Origin: Tubiluchus corallicola
Lineage: Eukaryota; Animalia; Priapulida
Assembly (NCBI GenBank): GCA_030141605.1
Contig: JAQGDQ010001021.1
Coordinates: 1-64,000, forward strand
Reading direction: 5' to 3'
Length of the DNA: 64,000 nucleotides
Part shown: positions 56,247 to 64,000 of the stretch, one piece after another
How positions within the stretch are numbered: the first letter of the stretch is position 1
How the letters are laid out: every line of letters starts with the position of its first letter
Notes under the pieces: model-generated
Databases searched by the model: none
The model's input: the letters and a program-made list of their open reading frames with translations, nothing else
Told to the model about the DNA's origin: nothing
Translations under genes and position numbers: made by a program

Positions 56247-56780
56247 TAGGTATGCCTTAGAAATTGTCCACTGTCATAGTACAGTGTTATTTATAATTGA
56301 AGAGAGATAGGTATGCCTCAGAAATTGTCCACTGTCATAGTACAGTGTTATTTATAACTGAAGAGACATAGGTATGCCTCAGAAATTGTCCACTGTCATA
56401 GTGCAGTGTTATTTATAACTGAAGAGAGATAGGCATGCCTCAGAAATTGTCCACTGTTTATTTATAACTGAAGAGAGATAGGTATGCCTCAGAAATCGTC
56501 CACTGTGATAGTAAAGTGTTATTTATAACAGAAGAAGGATAGGTATGCCTCAGAAATTGTCCACTGTCATAGTGCAGTGTTATTTATAACTGAAGAAAGA
56601 TAGGTATGCCTCAGAAATTGTCCACTGTCATAGTGCAGTGTTATTTATAACTGAAGAAAGATAGGTATGCCTCAGAAATTGTCCACTGTGATAGTAAAGT
56701 GTTATTTATGACAGAAGAGAGATAGGTATGCCTCAGAAATCGACCACTGTCATAGTACAGTGTTCTTTATAACAGAAAAG
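56247..56780. repeat. 61-bp minisatellite, about 9 units
   Basis: TAGGTATGCCT at 56247, 56308 and onward. Confidence 0.95.
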
Positions 56781-57319
56781 ATATCTTTTAACTTTGCACG
56801 GCAGATCAGTTAAAGGAGAGAGGCGCATCAAATTTTAAGATATTATTTTGTAAGATAAAGGAAGACAGGATGATTTTTCATACACCACCCCATTTTCACT
56901 ACTCTATATTTGCACTTCAGTACTCTTTGTTTAACATCACTGTAAGAAATGTTATATGCACAAATAAGAAAAGCTAATTACAGAATCCATAAATGTAATA
57001 TTGTAGAATTCACTCTGTATAGTGTCTATGTAAAATTGTATAATGTTAGTACAGATATTTTTGCCTGCAATAATGCTAATAAAGACTTATCATCATCATC
57101 ATCATCATCATCATCATCTGGACAAATTATAGATCTCGCAAACAAAAACTTTTAAATGGCTGACGAATGTGATTATCAGCCCTGACAAACTTTACTTTCA
57201 CTATTCTTCAGGCAAGGAAACTTCTACTACAGAGGTCAATACATTTATCAACACAAGGCGATGGATTTGTCAAAAGTGTCAACCGAATGGGTAATTTATC
57301 TGTCTCAGAACGGACAGTT

Positions 57320-57557
57320 TAGTAATTACCTACTAAAACATCCAGACAAGTGTGGTATACAGTAAGTAAAATTGTACTGGGGTGCAGTGCTTTTAAAGTC
57401 AATTTTAATTGCAATATATTATGCCTTTTTATCAATTTCTGGAATAGTAATTACCTACTAAAACATCCAAACAAGTGGGGTATACAGTAAGTAAAATTGT
57501 ACTGGGTTGCAGTGCTTTTAAAGTCAATTTTAATTGCAATATATTATGCCTTTTTAT
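57320..57557. repeat. 125-bp-period tandem duplication
   Basis: TAGTAATTACCTACTAAAACATCC at 57320 and 57445. Confidence 0.9.
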
Positions 57558-58839
57558 TACCTCTGAAAGTGTTATATGACAACTTAGCGTCTTTAGTTTT
57601 TTAGCATTTCAGAATCATAATGCGGTGAGCAATATTTATTACACAAATTAAGTTTTAAAAACGCATAATGGGCACATAAATTAACAAAATTCTTATTTGA
57701 TTTGTAATTTACGGCAATGTGGGATGAGACGGTCAAGATTTTTACACATAAATTAATTCTCTGTTGGATGCACGAGGAATGGAATGACTTTGGAGGCGAT
57801 AAATTCACGGAAATGGACAGAAATGCCACTTTTACTCTCAAGAAACTTATTGGAAACTTTTATAAGCAATTTTATGATGCAAAGACGCTCAAGGTAGTAA
57901 AAGTTTTAAAGTCGCATTTAATTAAATCACTGTCAGTAGGTTAGTAAATTACATTTAATTCATGTGAACTAATAATTAGCTTGCTGGTCTAAATATGCTG
58001 TCTATTAAAGGAAAACCGGATGATTGTTTAGGCTCAATCTCATTTTATGTTTACTGTCCGAAACGTACATTTTCTTGAGTATAAAAATTAGCAATTGTTT
58101 CTTAAAGTTAATTAACGGCAACAGAACACTATTGCTTACGTCAGAAACTAACCACAATTTGTGCAATGGTAGGCGTCTTCCCTTGCACGGCAAGCATGTT
58201 TGCGTAAGTGTTACAGCACTGTTTAAACGCATGATGTCAGGAAAATGGGCTCTACATCATATGACGTCAGAAACTAACACTGCAGTTCATGATCATGGTA
58301 ATCACGGTATTGCCTTCTATTTGTTGGCCACGCGAATGTGACAAAAAGGCGTCGCTGCCAATCTTAGTAGATTCACTGAGCCGCGCATAGCTTTGAAAGT
58401 TTAACAAAATTTGAGTATTCGAGGTAATAGTTATTTTACCTAAGCCTTGATTTAAAAAAAGCTATTGCAGTTTTCAATATTTTAAAGCATTATGAACTCG
58501 TGTTTACACAATCGTCCGGTTTTCCTTTAATGTTCATGCGAACATTAAATTAACTTGCTGGTCAAAATATGCTGTCTATTAATACCGTCCTTGTATTACA
58601 TAACAGATTACATCTATGTACTATATATATAATCATTTAGCAATCAGAGCATTTCACCGACTTAGGCAGTTTTTGGCTTTCTCTCGAAAATATAATAAAA
58701 TGAGAAGGCATTAACTTCTTAATTCTATTATTTAGACGTCAAAATTCAATATTTTAATCCTTTTACTGGGACCCACTTTCGCATGGGCAATGTCTTTATC
58801 AACGTCTGGCGGCCATGAGAGGGACTTAGGGAACCTTAC

Positions 58840-58906
58840 CTTGGTTAGCCGATGCTAGTGAACACGTCAGCAGAGCACACACACTTGCAAACCACAGCCA
58901 ACACAT
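58840..58906 (-). CDS. Eph: Eph receptor, first coding exon (signal peptide MCWLWFASVCALLTCSLASA-NQ)
   Basis: ATG in gccATG context at 58906, then 22 codons + 1 nt and donor AAG|GTAAGG at 58839. The stretch is hydrophobic and ends A-S-A (signal peptidase -3/-1 rule). The phase-1 G joins TC of the next exon to give NQ-V-VLLDTT, a typical Eph mature N-terminus. A polypyrimidine acceptor (tttctc-Tn-CAG) ending at 58965 makes the full exon 58840-58964. Confidence 0.9.
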
Positions 58907-59073
58907 GGCTAAGACGTCTCTTTTTAACCGAGTCTCTCCCCCACTGCGCGGGTTACCTTCAGCTCTGAAAAAAAGAGAAACTGTTAGAATGCGAATCATG
59001 CTGTGGTTAGAAATAGATTGGATACACGCGATCGCCTTAGTTTTCAGCTTTCCTTTTTCTATTTGATTATTAA

Positions 59074-59609
59074 CCCTTATAGGGTCACGATTTTTTACAA
59101 CCGATTTTGGTAACCGGGAGGTAAAAAAATTACCCCCACCATAATTCGTAAATTACTTTTGATAAACCGCCGTGTTTCATTAGTAAACAGCAACAGCATA
59201 TTTTGTCGTTATGCTGACCACCGTAGGATACATTATACCTCGGCTTAAAGACATGTGACTTACTAGTAATACGAAATTTAAATTCACTTAGTTACGTTCC
59301 CTTATCTATGCTGGAATAACTGTAGACAACCGACATTGCTAGCGCATGTGCAAAAATCATTGTTATTTTGAATTTATTGTCTACTACTTTCTTCTTTTAG
59401 GTGGAGTAATTTGAGTAACTGACATTTTGTTTTATCAGATACATCGCCCGTATAATGTATAGACAAGCGAAGTAAAGTTTCGACAATTTTAAAAAATCGA
59501 CATATTGCATTTTCACTTTTATTTCGTGGTTTAGACAATGCGTCTAAGGGTGAAATGCAAAAAAACCGGTCTGGGGGTAATTTTTTACCACCCGGTGACC
59601 CTATAAGGG
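59074..59609. mobile_element. piggyBac-type MITE, copy 2
   Basis: TTAA TSD; perfect 15-bp TIR CCCTTATAGGGTCAC. Confidence 0.92.
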
Positions 59610-59613
59610 TTAA

Positions 59614-59783
59614 GGTATGACTCCAATGCGCGTAATGCATATACAACCATTTATATTTAAACACGTGGAAGTGTTTCCATGTGTACGCAACGCGTATTCC
59701 ATGATGAATGATGCGTGATACGTATTGACTCGAACGTGATGGCTAGCATTCGAATACGCATTACGCGCACATGGAGTCGTACC
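59614..59783. mobile_element. 170-bp hairpin MITE (Kolobok- or Harbinger-like)
   Basis: TTAA-GGTATGACTCCA..TGCGCGTAATGC / GCATTACGCGCA..TGGAGTCGTACC-TTAA. Confidence 0.8.
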
Positions 59784-59994
59784 TTAACGCGTAACTTCTT
59801 TAAACTGTCTTTAAAATGCGGCACATGTAAGAACATTTCACGCAAAAAAGTAGACAACAAGACTGTAGACATTTATTAATGTTACAAAGCGAATGAGTAC
59901 ACGTCTTATCGAAGTGCGAATTTCTCTCAATGTTGGATTCGCGTAGCAGCAGACCTGATTACCTAGAAATACAGTGAGCCTCGTAGTATTTAAT

Positions 59995-60500
59995 AAGTAG
60001 TAGTAGTAGTAGTAAAATCTTTATTTGCCATTTTAAAAACATCAACCATCATAATAAAAGACAGACAATCAGTGTTAGTTCATATATAAAAACATAAACT
60101 GTTCTGGGCAAATGCGTCTGGTGCAAGCTAAACTATAAGTGCAAGTAGAAATTCAAAAATAAAATATAAACTAGTTTAGTAAGGTCTAGGAAAATGAAAT
60201 TATGATTTGAGTAAGTATCATCGTGTTCGTATGTCGGATATTCAAAACGAGTCATTAAATGTTTTTTTAATTTAGACTTGAATAATAAAGAGCTGCCGTG
60301 TTTTAGTGATGTCGGTAATGAATTCCAAAGTTTTATTGCTTGCTTAGTGATGGAATTCTTTCCATCTTGATTGTTCGTTCTAATGTTTCTTAAATGTAGT
60401 GTTCTGTTGTTCATACTGGGATTTTCAAGAAGTGGGAGCTTATTGTTTTTGAAAGGAGAATTAATAATGTTGATCATATAACAAATAATCATAGATCAAT
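59995..60500 (-). mobile_element. L2/CR1-group LINE 3' end (family C, copy 1)
   Basis: ORF 60133..60492 contains AIKLWNSLPTSLK...FKSKLKKHL, a typical ORF2 C-terminus; AATAAA and (ACT)n tail. Confidence 0.8.
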
Positions 60501-61286
60501 GCAAAAATCTGGAAGGTTAAAAACGTCCAGCGTGTGTAAGGTTTCAGGTTTTTATTTAGTTAGCATAAACCCAAACGTAAACATACGCTATCACCAATAA
60601 AAAATAAATACAGGCATTACACTGCGTCAATGTAACGCTACAATACAAATTTCAGATTTAATACTCTAATTTTTGTTGAAATTTAAAAATTAAACAGAGA
60701 AATCGGATTTAATCGCGCATTTATTCAAGGTCTTCTTAAGCCCGAACCAATTATCTAAAGATTAAAACTGCTGATAATTTCGACAATTTGACTTATTCAC
60801 GAATTCAACTTAACTTGAACATTTCGTTTCGCATTTTGTTTCGCGATTACCAAGACCCTACAGTAAAAATTGATGAAAATCCCCAAAGAAACGTTTCGAA
60901 AAACGCACATCAGGAAGTTCGCTACATAGACAATGGAGCCATAAAAACTTACACAAGTCATAAACTGCTCAGCAACAAAGTTAGCCGTATCTACAGTTGC
61001 ATGACAAGTTGGGATTTTATCCTGATAGGAAAATTTCTGCGCAAACAGGATTCCTAATCGCCTATCAGTGCAACAAAGTACTGTTGTTAGACCACAAAGC
61101 ACTGCATTTCATGACTTGCATGGCAATTTTCAGATTATCACAAAAATCACAACTGCGTACTGCCATACAGCAGCAAGCCAATAACAGTGCTGTACTATTT
61201 TGTAGCAAAAGATAACGGTAACTGAGTTGAAGTTTTACGTCAAATCACGCTATCTTAGAAATCTATTACTCAGCAAGCAGTACAAC

Positions 61287-61623
61287 TTTGGAATTCATTA
61301 CCGACAGCACTAAAACACAGCAGCTCTTTATCAATATTCAAGTCTAAATTAAAAAAAAAACATTTAGTGACTCGTTTTGAATATCCGACATACGAACACG
61401 ATGATATTTACTCAAATCATAATTTCATTTTTCCTAGACCTTACTAAACTAGTTTATATTTTATTTTTGAATTTCTAGTTGCACTTATAGTTTAGCTTGC
61501 ACCAGACGGATTTGCCCAGAACAGTGTATGTTTTTATATGAACTAACACTGATTGTCTGTCTTTTAATATGATGGTCAATGTTTTTAAAATGGCAAATAA
61601 AGATTTTACTACTACTACTACTA
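61287..61623 (+). mobile_element. LINE 3' end (family C, copy 2), inverted relative to copy 1
   Basis: Reverse-complement match to about 59995-60332. Confidence 0.8.
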
Positions 61624-61787
61624 CATAATACTCGCTATAATGATTACCAACTCAGTTTCTGCAGAACCAATATTGCAAAACATTTCATTAGCCATAGCGG
61701 ACCTAAACTCCACCCAATGTAAAGTACCAGTGTAACATGTACCGCTTTAAAACGTCAGTTAAACGATATCTGTTTGCTTATTATATA

Positions 61788-62182
61788 AACTAGTCTTAAT
61801 AACCACCTACTGTTCCTGTGTGACACAAGTCACAACTTTGCGTTCTTTTTAAGTAGAATCCAGAGTGCTTCGTCATCTCATGAGCCGAATCTCCACAAGC
61901 CACTCTTCCTACCCTTTTGATGATTCTTTTATCCATCACTTCTCTCCTTACTTTGCACAACTCTTTTTTTAAATTGCCTAAATACCTTCGCTTTTTTGTT
62001 CTTTTTTTCTGAGTATTTGGACGTGTTTATAATGGTGCCAGCACCTAACAAGTTCTACTTCTGGTTCTTGCCATTTATTATATACACGCTGTCATATAAT
62101 CATTATTATTAATATCTATTTTTTCCCAGTGTTTCTTGATATTGTATTTGTATTTAAATTTCCAAATAAATTTATTATTATA
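61788..62182 (+). mobile_element. LINE 3' UTR (family B, copy 2)
   Basis: Matches 55493-55880. Confidence 0.7.
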
Positions 62183-63694
62183 ATCACTTCTGTCCGTATT
62201 AATGGGGAAACCATCATTCTGTCTCGTTATCTTTTTGCCCATCTGTTATTTCATTCATGTAATTTTGTGTTTTTCTTATAAAACAATGAAAAACGTATGA
62301 TCATACTTACATCAATATATACACATAGCCTGTAAACGCATCCTCAAATGCACAAAATTGTGAAAATTTATTTTACAGAACTATACGTTTACTTTGAATT
62401 TGAAATACCGTTTTTTTACAGTTTAGCGCGTTAATCTCGTAGCGACTAACGAGATTAACTCGAGAAAATTAATTCGAGAATAATGTGGCAAATTGTAAAA
62501 AATAATTTTCCAGCAACTGCACACTTACGTTATTTCACAAGCAACGTGATTTTGTTAACCTAAGCAACATTCACGAGGCAGCAAAACTGTTTAAATTTGT
62601 AAGAAATTGCCGTTCTGTTACCGGTAGAAAAAACAGCATAAATACTTATGTGACAGAGACGAGTGAAAGCGACGAGTCAAAACTTGTCACAACGTACAGT
62701 AGGTACAGTAGAATGAGAAATGTCGCATGCCGAAACTCAGGCTTTTCACTGCAGGAGTCTCGCAACACGCAAACGACTAATGCTAAAAACTTAAAGGTAA
62801 TGTCGGAAAGAAAAATTAACAATAGACGTAGATATAGACGAATGATTCTGTTAATGAAAGATCTAGCACAACGTCGCATTGTACATTTATCTAAGAAAAA
62901 AACAATTACTATATCCCTTAATTATAGCTAACTACGGTACTTACTTTCGTAACCCGATCGGAAAACAAATAAAGCAAAGATTAATCCAAGTTCTCGATAA
63001 CTAGATGTTGTTTTAATCACGAGTGAGTTATTAAACTCTATAATTCCATAAAACAGTAGATCGCTACAAAACGTACACACAACCAACTGCTAGCACAACC
63101 ACTGAATGAATGAAAGTAAACTCAAATCACGCATAGCGCACGATACAGTAAGCACTTCTAGGCCACGCCTCCGTTGCCGTGCCAACGGGGTGACAGGCAG
63201 CTACCGGCAGAATGCTTGGTCAAGGTGTATTTCGCTTAATCCTATTATAATGCTAATACGAAGGCAGGCTCAAAGGCAGGACTATTCCAAATCGGTGAGT
63301 TGGAAAACGCCTGGACATTAGTTTGCAGAAACAATAGCCCGGCCAAAACGAAACACGACGGACAGCGGTTAAAATTGCATTGACATTCCAAACCTGGACG
63401 GATAATGATAGGCTTGAACAAAGTTGACTTTAAACACAAGCACGTGTTGAGGGCTGAATAATTCCGAGAGCAGTCATTCGAATCTAATGATTTAACGAAG
63501 CATGCAGAAAGGGTCAAGCATTAAGTCTGGTTCACTCGCTTTATTTAAACTCGGCAAAATTCTCAATCAGGTTCCCGCAAAATGGCCAATCTCGGCATCT
63601 TGGGGAAAACATTTTTCTTATCTAGTTGTAACACTTGAACTGGTTGTTATAATCATGTAAAAAGTAACTTAAATTTGGAGAATAAATGTTACAG

Positions 63695-64000
<306 letters not shown>

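Larger units (their letters stand above)
51676..58839 (-). other. Eph intron, about 7.2 kb
   Basis: GT at 58839 and AG at 51676; phase-1 join. Confidence 0.88.

Noticed and set aside
62646-62945. Hydrophobic minus-strand ORF and nearby GTAAGT as the upstream Eph exon
   Set aside because: No convincing donor in the needed phase within the ORF; the upstream exon could not be located.

Overview
This is AT-rich, repeat-dense metazoan (probably protostome invertebrate) genomic DNA, not prokaryotic. Most of the window lies within one minus-strand gene encoding an Eph-family receptor tyrosine kinase. Three coding exons splice in frame with canonical GT/AG sites: a signal-peptide exon (58906-58840, MCWLWFASVCALLTCSLASANQ), an 86-nt exon (51675-51590, VVLLDTTKDSTLGW...SQG) and a 676-nt ligand-binding/Cys-rich exon (13734-13059). 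The ORF track missed the first two. The introns are 7.2 kb, 37.9 kb (including a 551-N gap) and more than 13 kb; I found no further Eph exon, so the rest of the gene probably lies outside the window. The introns contain non-autonomous DNA transposons (hAT, piggyBac, Tc2/pogo, Mutator-like, Kolobok/Harbinger-like), 5'-truncated LINE ends, Penelope-like pseudo-LTR relics, minisatellites and long microsatellites. The most interesting observations are: an in-frame internal donor in the signal exon predicting an 8-nt microexon and an alternative N-terminus; a minimal Penelope-type hammerhead ribozyme on the Eph sense strand; and a CR1-like LINE copy with twin-priming-like inversion geometry whose AATAAA is destroyed. 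Everything was read by eye and no database search was run. I found no clearly novel multi-gene system.
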